64,000 bases of DNA from Candidatus Poribacteria bacterium (GTDB taxonomy: Bacteria > Poribacteria > WGA-4E > WGA-3G), in NCBI GenBank assembly GCA_965198235.1, contig OZ240248.1, positions 608,001 to 672,000 on the forward strand. Direction: 5' to 3'. How positions within the stretch are numbered: position 1 is the stretch's first letter; each line of letters opens with the position of its first letter. The notes under the pieces are model-generated. The model searched no databases. It worked only from the letters and a program-made list of their open reading frames with translations, and was not told the origin of the DNA. The position numbers and the translations under genes are program-made. Shown here in pieces: positions 28,683 to 36,729 of this stretch.

Positions 28683-29423
28683 TTGATGCTCAAAGCTATT
28701 ACATTTGATTTTTGGCAAACCCTCTATGCAGATTCTGATAGCAACTGGCGAAAGCGTCAGGCGATACGTGTTAAACACTGTTATACGTACCTTGACAGTC
28801 GCGGCTACGCTTGTACATTGAATGACGTGGAATTCGGACTTGAAGAGGCATACGATTTGGTGGCATCTCTATGGCATCAACATAAAGGGATCTCAGTGAA
28901 GCGGGGCATGCATCGGTTCGCTGAGGTGCTTCACCTTCAGCTTGAGGAGGAAGACCTTGATCAATTGATTGAGTGTCTTGGCACGGCTTTTTTGGAAACA
29001 CCACCGATTATGATGCCACATGTCAAACCGGTCATTTCTCGGTTGAGTGAAAGTTATCCGCTTGGAATTATCTCAGACTCGGCACTAACGCCCGGCAGTT
29101 TTGTTCGAAAACTGATGGCGCGCGACGGTATTTTACAATACTTTACAGCTTTCACATTCTCCGACGAAACGGATTATACAAAACCTCAAATGGTGCAATT
29201 CCATTCAACTTTAGCACAACTGAACGCTAAACCCTCGGAAGCGGTGCACGTCGGCGATATTTTCCGAACGGATATTGTCGGCGCGAAAAATGCGGGGATG
29301 AAAGCGATTCGTTTCGCAGGCTTCAATAAAGGAGAAGGAGACGACACGCTTAGTGATGCTGTTGTTGACGACTATCGGAAGTTAGAGACCGTCATCACTG
29401 AGTTGTCAAAATACGGAACATAA
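28683..29423 (+). CDS. HAD-superfamily hydrolase
   Basis: FDFWQTL, KP, HVGD...DIVGA. Confidence 0.85.
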   Translation: MMLKAITFDFWQTLYADSDSNWRKRQAIRVKHCYTYLDSRGYACTLNDVEFGLEEAYDLVASLWHQHKGISVKRGMHRFAEVLHLQLEEEDLDQLIECLGTAFLETPPIMMPHVKPVISRLSESYPLGIISDSALTPGSFVRKLMARDGILQYFTAFTFSDETDYTKPQMVQFHSTLAQLNAKPSEAVHVGDIFRTDIVGAKNAGMKAIRFAGFNKGEGDDTLSDAVVDDYRKLETVITELSKYGT

Positions 29424-29433
29424 GGGAGAAAAA

Positions 29434-30342
29434 ATGGCAAAAGTATTGGTCTCCGGTGGCACCGGGTTTATCGGCAGTCGAGTCTGCACTGCTCTCCACG
29501 AACAGGGTGATACGGTGCATGTATTATCTCGCAATCCGACACGTGCACAAACGAAATTGAAATCCGCAAGAGCGGCCTACGGTTGGAAGCCTGAAACCGA
29601 AAAACTTCCTTCAGAAGCCACATCAGATGTGAAAGCGGTAGTTCATCTGGCGGGTGAAACCATCGCAGGTAGATGGAATACCGAAAAAAAACGGCGGATA
29701 CGGGACAGTCGAATTCTTTCTACGCGAAACCTCGTTGCGTCGTTTGCTGGAGCGTCCACAAAACCCGATGTGCTTGTCTGTGCTTCCGCAATCGGATACT
29801 ACGGCGATAGTGGCGACGAGCACTTTACGGAGGTGTCGTCCGCTGGCACCGACTTTCTCGCCAAAACCTGTCAAGAATGGGAGACAGAAGCCCAAAAAGC
29901 AGATGAGTTTGGGATTCGGGTGGTCATGGTTCGTATTGGGCTTGTGCTTGGGTTAGGCGGTGGGCTGTTAACACAGGTCCTTCCACCCTTTAAAATGGGA
30001 TTCGGTGGCATACTTGGCAGTGGTCGGCAGTGGATGTCTTGGATCCATGTCGATGATGTGGTTGGTATTGTGATACACGCTTTAGAGAATGAAGAGATTC
30101 GGGGTCCCCTGAACGCGACGGCACCTATTCCTGTCAGAAATGTGGAGTTCACGAAAACGCTCGGCACTGTGCTACGGCGACCAACGCTGTTTCCTGTCCC
30201 AACGCTCGGCTTGCGGTTGATGATGGGTGAATTTGCGGACTTCGTTGTGCTGAGTCAGAACGTGCTTCCAGAGAAAACAGAGGTAAGCGGTTACGAATTT
30301 CGCCACCGGACGCTTGAATCCGCTTTGAGAGACCTGCTATAG
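29434..30342 (+). CDS. TIGR01777 family NAD-dependent epimerase (YfcH-like)
   Basis: GGTGFIG, HLAGE, SAIGYYG, GSGRQWMSWIH. Confidence 0.9.
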   Translation: MAKVLVSGGTGFIGSRVCTALHEQGDTVHVLSRNPTRAQTKLKSARAAYGWKPETEKLPSEATSDVKAVVHLAGETIAGRWNTEKKRRIRDSRILSTRNLVASFAGASTKPDVLVCASAIGYYGDSGDEHFTEVSSAGTDFLAKTCQEWETEAQKADEFGIRVVMVRIGLVLGLGGGLLTQVLPPFKMGFGGILGSGRQWMSWIHVDDVVGIVIHALENEEIRGPLNATAPIPVRNVEFTKTLGTVLRRPTLFPVPTLGLRLMMGEFADFVVLSQNVLPEKTEVSGYEFRHRTLESALRDLL

Positions 30343-30364
30343 ACGCGCAGAACCCCAACGAAAT

Positions 30365-31702
30365 ATGAAGATCCGCGATGTGCTGCTTTCTGATTACGGA
30401 AAAGCCTCAAGTATACCTTCCCCGGTTAACCAGCTGATGACCGATTTCGCTATCGGTTTTCGAGATGAACGCGACATCAATCTCGGTGTCGGATATGTCA
30501 ATGAACGGACGATTCCGCATCAGCAGATTCAACACGCCTGCGAAGAAGTTCTCGCTCACCCTAAAAAATACCGCGCTTCTCTAAATTACGGCGGTGCACA
30601 AGGCTCTCCAAACCTGATTGAGTCGCTCAGAAGGTTCCACATTGAAAATCGGATTGGCGGAATCACTGAACAAACTTTAAACAATCGAGACATTGTTATC
30701 GGCGCGAATGGCGCGACGAGTTTGTTAGAGAGCATCACCCATCTACTTCCTGTTGGTATTGTGATGACCGCAGATCCGATGTATTATATCTACTGCAACG
30801 ATTTGGGGAGGAAAGGTTTTAGCGTTATAGCGATACCTGAAGATGATGAAGGACTTGATGCCGAACGTTTGAGAGCGAAACTAACGACGCTCGGCAACGA
30901 AAAAGAGGCTATTCGCTTTTTCTATGTTGTAACCGTTAACAATCCGACCTGCACAATTCTATCCAATAATCGTAAGAGAGAACTCGTTGACATTGTTACC
31001 CGACTTTCATACGAAGTCGGACGGAAGATCCCGATTTTTTTCGACAATGCCTATCGCGACCTCGTGCATGACAGTGCCGTAGAACCTTTGGAGTCTGCAC
31101 TCTGCTACGATACACTCGGCATTGTCTATGAGATTGGTACGTTGTCAAAGATCCTCGCACCTGGGTTACGCATCGGTTACCTCATCGGTCCCAAAGGTCC
31201 GTTTCTCGACAGCATTATTCAACGCACAAGCGACATCGGTTTCAGCGCGCCGTTAATCAATCAAGAAATTGCAAGCTACTTGCTCGACCACGGTATTGAA
31301 GCACAAATCCAAAAGGTTAATAACGGGTATCACCAGAAGGCGAAACAGGTCGAAGCGTGGATAACAGAATTGCTGGGCGATAGCATTCAGGAGTGCCGGG
31401 GTGGAAATGCTGGATTCTACTACTACTTGACGCTGGCGAGTGTCGTAACGGGTTCAACCTCCGATTTTTTCAAGTTTTTGACGCGAACGACTGGACGGGC
31501 AGAGGTCGACGGACCCTTACGCTCCGAACATCCCAAAGTGATTTACATTCCGGGTGAACATTGTGTCCATCCAGATGGCGAAATGGTCGAGGTTGGGAAG
31601 CGACAGTTCCGTATATCCTACGGATTTGAGGAACTCCCTCAGATTCACGCTGCGTTGAAACACATGAAATCCGCGGTAGCCTATAGCCATGAAAATTCGT
31701 AA
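30365..31702 (+). CDS. PLP-dependent class I/II aminotransferase (ARO8/LysN-like)
   Basis: NNPT, DNAY, GTLSKILAPGLRIGY, RISYG. Confidence 0.85.
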   Translation: MKIRDVLLSDYGKASSIPSPVNQLMTDFAIGFRDERDINLGVGYVNERTIPHQQIQHACEEVLAHPKKYRASLNYGGAQGSPNLIESLRRFHIENRIGGITEQTLNNRDIVIGANGATSLLESITHLLPVGIVMTADPMYYIYCNDLGRKGFSVIAIPEDDEGLDAERLRAKLTTLGNEKEAIRFFYVVTVNNPTCTILSNNRKRELVDIVTRLSYEVGRKIPIFFDNAYRDLVHDSAVEPLESALCYDTLGIVYEIGTLSKILAPGLRIGYLIGPKGPFLDSIIQRTSDIGFSAPLINQEIASYLLDHGIEAQIQKVNNGYHQKAKQVEAWITELLGDSIQECRGGNAGFYYYLTLASVVTGSTSDFFKFLTRTTGRAEVDGPLRSEHPKVIYIPGEHCVHPDGEMVEVGKRQFRISYGFEELPQIHAALKHMKSAVAYSHENS

Positions 31703-31752
31703 TCTCCGATAAGCGCGTTTACAAGGCGCTTTCCCAAAAAGGAAATTGAAAA

Positions 31753-32514
31753 ATGCGATTGAAGGATAAGGTTGTGTTGTTCGGTGGTGCCGGTTCAAAC
31801 ATGAGCCGTGCGACTGCTCTGCTTTTCGCACAAGAGGGTGCGAAGATCGTACTTGCTGCACGCACGATAGAGACAATGGAAGAGACAGCGAAACGCATTC
31901 GTGCTAACGGTGCAGATGTGCTAACGCATCAAACCGATTTGACAGATGCGGCGCAAGTAGACGCGCTTATTGATGCTGCGGTGGCGAAGTTTGGCGGTGT
32001 TGACTGTTTTATCCACGCTGCCGGTGGGTTTTTCTCAACGGAACACGACATTACCAAGATGGACCCAGCGTATTGGGATGGGGCATTACAAAACAACTTG
32101 CAAACGCTGTTCAACCCTGTGCGTCGGCTCGTGCCGGTTTTAGAAGCGCGTGGGGGTGGATGCCTTATTACTATTTCTGCGGGTGAACGGGTACGGCAAG
32201 ATGCAAACAGTGCTTACGCCGTCGCGAAGGCAGGAATGGTCGCGGCAGCGAAAAACCTCGCGAAGGAATTGTATGATAAAAATATCCGCGTCCACGCGTT
32301 GTCCCCGGGGATTATTTGGGATCCGTTGCCAGACGGAGAAATCGCCCCAGTAGCGACGCAACTGGAACGGCTTGGCAATCCAATTGATGTAGCTTATGCG
32401 GCATTGTGGCTCTGCTCAGATGAGGCAGCGTGGGTTACAGGCTTGGAATTAACGATTGATGGTGGCGATTCACTGTTCATTGATTCGCCAATTCGCCGAG
32501 AGTTTTTGGCGTAG
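31753..32514 (+). CDS. Short-chain dehydrogenase/reductase
   Basis: YAVAK catalytic motif, IRV..LSPG, WVTG..L.IDGG. Confidence 0.85.
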   Translation: MRLKDKVVLFGGAGSNMSRATALLFAQEGAKIVLAARTIETMEETAKRIRANGADVLTHQTDLTDAAQVDALIDAAVAKFGGVDCFIHAAGGFFSTEHDITKMDPAYWDGALQNNLQTLFNPVRRLVPVLEARGGGCLITISAGERVRQDANSAYAVAKAGMVAAAKNLAKELYDKNIRVHALSPGIIWDPLPDGEIAPVATQLERLGNPIDVAYAALWLCSDEAAWVTGLELTIDGGDSLFIDSPIRREFLA

Positions 32515-32589
32515 TAGGATTAATCCGAAAGGACCTTAACATGAACAGGCGAGGCACAGAGACCTCGCCCTACAGCAAAATTCGTTGGA

Positions 32590-33396
32590 TTACCACTGCA
32601 CCTGACAGAATTCTTCGTAATCGATTAACTCGTGGATGGTGGGATTTTCACCGCACATCGGGCAATCGTTATCTTGACGCAATTTCAGTCGCTTGAAATC
32701 CATCGATAACGCGTCGAAAAGCAGAAGGCTCCCGATTAACGGATCGCCGATGTCCAGCAGGACTTTAATCGCTTCAACGGCTTGAATCGTTCCAATAATA
32801 CCGGGCAACACGCCAAAAACGCCTGCCTCTTGACAGCTCGGTACCATTCCGGGTGGCGGCGGGTCGGGATAGATGCATCGATAACACGGTCCTTTGCCCG
32901 GATAGAGGACAGAGACTCGTCCTTCAAACTGGAAGATGCTGCCATGCACAACCGGTTTTCCCAACATAACGGATGCGTCATTGAGTAAGTAACGCGTCGG
33001 TATGTTGTCGCACCCGTCTACAATCAGATCGTATTGTTCCAGAATCTGGAAGGCGTTTTCTGAGGTAATCCGTTCGTTATAGGGAATCACCTTGACATCA
33101 GGGTTCATCTCTGTGATAGTGGCTTCTGCGGATTTCGTCTTCGGGACACCGATGTCGCTGGTGCCGTGCAAAATTTGGCGTTGCAAATTACTGAGATCTA
33201 CCACGTCGTCGTCGATGATGCCGAGTGTGCCGACCCCTGCCGCGGCGAGGTAAACGCCGACTGGAGAGCCGAGTCCCCCTGCCCCGATGAGTAGCACTTT
33301 CGATTCAAGCAACCGCGTCTGACCCATCCCACCGACCTCTTTAAGAATGATATGCCGGCTGTAGCGTTCAATCTGTTCGTTGCTGAAGTTAAACAT
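32590..33396 (-). CDS. moeB: MoeB/ThiF-family sulfur-carrier adenylyltransferase
   Basis: RYSRHIIL, GAGGLGSP, SNLQRQ, CYRC, SCQEAGV, CPMCG; start ATG 33396 (MFNFS). Confidence 0.88.
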   Translation of the reverse strand: MFNFSNEQIERYSRHIILKEVGGMGQTRLLESKVLLIGAGGLGSPVGVYLAAAGVGTLGIIDDDVVDLSNLQRQILHGTSDIGVPKTKSAEATITEMNPDVKVIPYNERITSENAFQILEQYDLIVDGCDNIPTRYLLNDASVMLGKPVVHGSIFQFEGRVSVLYPGKGPCYRCIYPDPPPPGMVPSCQEAGVFGVLPGIIGTIQAVEAIKVLLDIGDPLIGSLLLFDALSMDFKRLKLRQDNDCPMCGENPTIHELIDYEEFCQVQW

Positions 33397-33397
33397 C

Positions 33398-33976
33398 TTA
33401 GGCTCCCAAATTGGAGAGGAGTTCTGAAATTGGTTTATCCGAATTCGCTGAGATTCGCAAAGCGAACCGTTCGCGTGCGTCTTCGGAGGTGCGTTCCACC
33501 GCGAAATCGTCACCGCCGTACATCTGTTGTAGGACAGGTGTGAGTTCTGCCTGCACGGATGCCGCTGTTTCCGATGTATTCGGTACGACATTCCGATTGT
33601 TTATCATAAACAGGAGGTCTGCGCCGTTGAAATGCACTGCGTTTTCTAACTCTGCGGACGCTTCAAGTTGTTCGCATTTGGAAAGCACCTCTGTGAGTGC
33701 TTGGCGAATCTTGTCAGCATTGTCGCCTTCGACTGCATGCTTCCGGTTGTAGAGGAAACCGTGCTCATAGTAAGCGTTGTCAATGCTATAATTGGCTTGC
33801 TTCAAAATCAACAGTACACCCGGTCCTGCATCGACGTGCGAATAGTCGGCGTAGTTCAAATAATCTTCTGAATCAGCTTCCTCCATCCAACGGTTGAAGA
33901 CCTTGATGAAGTTGGTATAGTTGATTTTGCTATCTTCGGTTGCGAAAACCTTAATGTTAATTTGTTGTAGATCCAT
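33398..33976 (-). CDS. Hypothetical protein coupled to moeB
   Basis: 192-aa ORF with an ADYSHV..GPGVLL motif, ending 1 bp before the moeB start. Confidence 0.7.
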   Translation of the reverse strand: MDLQQINIKVFATEDSKINYTNFIKVFNRWMEEADSEDYLNYADYSHVDAGPGVLLILKQANYSIDNAYYEHGFLYNRKHAVEGDNADKIRQALTEVLSKCEQLEASAELENAVHFNGADLLFMINNRNVVPNTSETAASVQAELTPVLQQMYGGDDFAVERTSEDARERFALRISANSDKPISELLSNLGA

Positions 33977-34209
33977 TCTGCTAAAAAATTTCCTATAAAC
34001 ATAACGCCCTGATGGGCTTTTCTTGTGAGAGCAGGCTTCACCCGCGATATTTTAGTCCCATCGTTTTAGAATTACCAGCACCCTATTCCTCCTGGATTCA
34101 TCACAATCTGCTGCTTTTATTATACCGCAATTTGGTGGGAAAGTCAATTTCTATTTTTTCCCAACTGCATGGCTCCATATACAATCTGAAAACCAGTTTC
34201 AATGCTTGT

Positions 34210-34467
34210 TTAATAGACGTTCCTACGATGTCCGACCCGGTGAACAATGATCTCCCGGGTAAGCCTATCAAAAGTATAGAGGATTCGATAATGCCGGGCG
34301 ACCGTTAAACTGAATTTATCGCTATGCTCGCCTTTTAATCTCTTATGTGGTTGGCTGTCGCAGGTTTCGCGTAACCGCTCCAGTTTGGTACGAACCCGGG
34401 CGCGGAGGGTCGCATCTAAACGCCGCAGATCCGCTCTGGCACTTGAGTCTATTTCCAATGTATACAC
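34210..34467 (-). CDS. RelE/ParE-family toxin
   Basis: 85 aa; A..DLRRLD, LKG, YRILY, RVGHRRNVY. Confidence 0.85.
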   Translation of the reverse strand: MYTLEIDSSARADLRRLDATLRARVRTKLERLRETCDSQPHKRLKGEHSDKFSLTVARHYRILYTFDRLTREIIVHRVGHRRNVY

Positions 34468-34469
34468 GA

Positions 34470-35171
34470 TTACTCTTCTTCAAATTCTGCAAAAACTTCT
34501 TCGAGAGAATAGGTCTTACCGCCAGCTTTCACGTCAGCAACACTTCGCCCCAGCTCTTCGGCAACCTCCGGGCGTATTTCGAGTCCTTCATCTGGGTCGT
34601 ATTCATAGGCTTCCAAGAACTGCTCCAATTCCAGATGACAGACAAAAAATTCATAAAATGCAGATTGCAACTGCAAATGATTTGCTACCGATGTGGGTTC
34701 CTTCATTAACTTAACCACCCGTTCTCGGGCGGCAAACAGTTCGGAATTCACGAGTGTCTCGGTGAACGTGTGGAATTTATCATCAGATAGTGCCGTCACC
34801 TTTATCGTCGGCACTGGCATATCAGGGATTCCGCCCAACCGCCGTGCCATGCGTCCCGCGTCTGAGGTCTTCCGTTCACCTTCGACTGCTGCCACGCGCT
34901 GTTTCAGATGCGCAAACTCTTGGCGTGCTTCACACGCTGCGAGCACACACGCCTCCTGCATATCTAAGTCAAATGCCAGATCATAGGAATAGGCTTCAAA
35001 CATTGCCCGGAACCCTTCTGTCAGTGTTTCTCGGTCAACACTCTGTGCAAGCAACATGACAAGTTCATCGCGATCAGCAAATAGCACCTCGTTCACGATC
35101 AGGCGGAGCCACTCTCGAAACTGCGCTGGTGTCATATCTGTGAGGGATAATTTTGTTTTCTTTACGTGCAT
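34470..35171 (-). CDS. Putative antitoxin with an internal duplication
   Basis: Directly upstream of the relE-like gene; acidic C-terminus DPDEGLEIRPEVAEEL...SLEEV. Confidence 0.55.
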   Translation of the reverse strand: MHVKKTKLSLTDMTPAQFREWLRLIVNEVLFADRDELVMLLAQSVDRETLTEGFRAMFEAYSYDLAFDLDMQEACVLAACEARQEFAHLKQRVAAVEGERKTSDAGRMARRLGGIPDMPVPTIKVTALSDDKFHTFTETLVNSELFAARERVVKLMKEPTSVANHLQLQSAFYEFFVCHLELEQFLEAYEYDPDEGLEIRPEVAEELGRSVADVKAGGKTYSLEEVFAEFEEE

Positions 35172-35336
35172 TGAGATATCCTTGTTAGCAAACTCCTACG
35201 GGTAGGTGATAGCACCCACCGCCTAAAGGCGGGGGCTTCGGTTTCATAGCGACTGCGGTTTTCTCAAAGAGTCCACCGTCTGACTGTCGCTCCACCAGCG
35301 AGCTATTATCCTGTATCAGAACAGGTTTATCGTGTA

Positions 35337-36449
35337 TCAAGACACGGCTACCCCAGCTCGCAAAATGTTTATCGCAGCATTTATATCTCTATCGTGAGAC
35401 GTGCTGCAGGAAGGACACGTCCAATATCTGTCCTCAAGTGTGAGGGTCTCATTTTTAGAGTCGCAGCCGTGGCAAACCTTTGTTGTCGGTTGCCATTGTC
35501 CTGCTTTCGCAAGCGTTTTTCCATATTTGGTACACATCCATTCAAGGATAAGTGAGAATTCACCAAAAGCGAGGTCAGAGACTTTACGACCCCACAGACG
35601 TTTCATACCTTCAAGGTTGAGTGTTTCAATCGCAAGCGTATCATACTTTCGCACAAGACGCAGAGCCACCTTGAAAAACCAGTCTCGCCTTCTGTTAGCA
35701 ATCTTTTTATGGAGACGTGCCAAGTGTCGTTTCGCACGATACCAAGCACCAGACCCCTTCTGTTTACGAGAGAGGGCTTTATGGGCGGATCGTATTGCAT
35801 TCAAACTTTGTTTGAAAAACTGGGGTGACTCTATTTTCATACCGTCTGAAAGTGTTAGAAAGGTTTTCATACCGAAGTCTGCCCCTGCCACACTACCGGT
35901 CAGTGGGAGTGCCTCGGTCGGTGCTGAATCCTCACAGACGAGATATAAATAGTAGTCGCCTACGGTATCACGTTTGATTGTTACTGTCTTTATCGTTCCC
36001 GTCCATTCACGGTGTTTCCAAAAGGTAAACGATTTCTTCAAACATTTAATATCGATACGATTGCCTTCTATCTCATACCCCGATTGTGTAAATGTCAATG
36101 AGTTATATCTATGCTGCGGTTTTATACGAGGCTTCCCCACTTTTCGGACAGTTCTGCCTTTGCCTCGGTCTTCAATGTTATCAAAGAAACGTTGATATCC
36201 TAAGTCAATACGACGGGCAACTTGCTGAATTACTTGACTCGGTAGTTGATTCCAGTGCGGCTTCGTTCTCCGTTTCAACTTCGTGATATGTCGGCATATC
36301 CGAGCGAAAGACGCATACTTGCCATAAATCCGATAGTAACGTCGCTGCAACTCAAGCAAGTGGACATGCACACCGTGCAAATCGTCTATCAGATTGCCAA
36401 TCTGTATGATATTAGATTGCTGATACAACTCATATTTTTCAGTTTTCAT
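35337..36449 (-). CDS. tnpB: RNA-guided endonuclease TnpB (element B)
   Basis: GADFG, IETL, CHGC/CPSC, DRDINAAINI; start placed at ATG 36449 (MKTEKY) by analogy with element A. Confidence 0.92.
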   Translation of the reverse strand: MKTEKYELYQQSNIIQIGNLIDDLHGVHVHLLELQRRYYRIYGKYASFARICRHITKLKRRTKPHWNQLPSQVIQQVARRIDLGYQRFFDNIEDRGKGRTVRKVGKPRIKPQHRYNSLTFTQSGYEIEGNRIDIKCLKKSFTFWKHREWTGTIKTVTIKRDTVGDYYLYLVCEDSAPTEALPLTGSVAGADFGMKTFLTLSDGMKIESPQFFKQSLNAIRSAHKALSRKQKGSGAWYRAKRHLARLHKKIANRRRDWFFKVALRLVRKYDTLAIETLNLEGMKRLWGRKVSDLAFGEFSLILEWMCTKYGKTLAKAGQWQPTTKVCHGCDSKNETLTLEDRYWTCPSCSTSHDRDINAAINILRAGVAVS

Positions 36450-36460
36450 GGTTTTTTCAC

Positions 36461-36543
36461 GTATCACGCCTTTAACCCCGTTCAAGTGGGTAGGCAGACA
36501 CGCCACCAAGCGGTGACGCTTGAACTGTCTGCCAACGTGATAC
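36461..36543 (-). ncRNA. Candidate structured 5'-leader RNA of tnpB (copy B)
   Basis: Same architecture as copy A with compensatory substitutions. Confidence 0.65.
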
Positions 36544-36547
36544 AATC

Positions 36548-36576
36548 ATTATACCACAATCAAACGGATTTGTCAA
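36548..36576 (-). promoter_or_regulatory. Consensus sigma70 promoter of tnpB B
   Basis: TTGACA-N17-TATAAT with extended -10 TG. Confidence 0.8.
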
Positions 36577-36729
36577 GGTTTTTTGCGGTCTTATATCCCA
36601 AAGCTGAAGCATTGGGCTTTACGACCGAAGTCCCGTAAAAAGGCGATTGGTCGCCTACACCCATTTTAGGTGAAAACGACAATCGCCAATAGTGTAAAGT
36701 TCGGCTTCGATGAACCGCAATCTTGGACT

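Larger units (their letters stand above)
35206..36634 (-). mobile_element. IS200/IS605-family tnpB-only element B
   Basis: Left end follows TTAC with AAAG plus hairpin CCCAATGC-TTCA-GCTTTGGG (IS608-like). Right end has GAAG plus hairpin CCCCGCC-TTTA-GGCGGTGGG, ending in TCAC. Confidence 0.88.
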
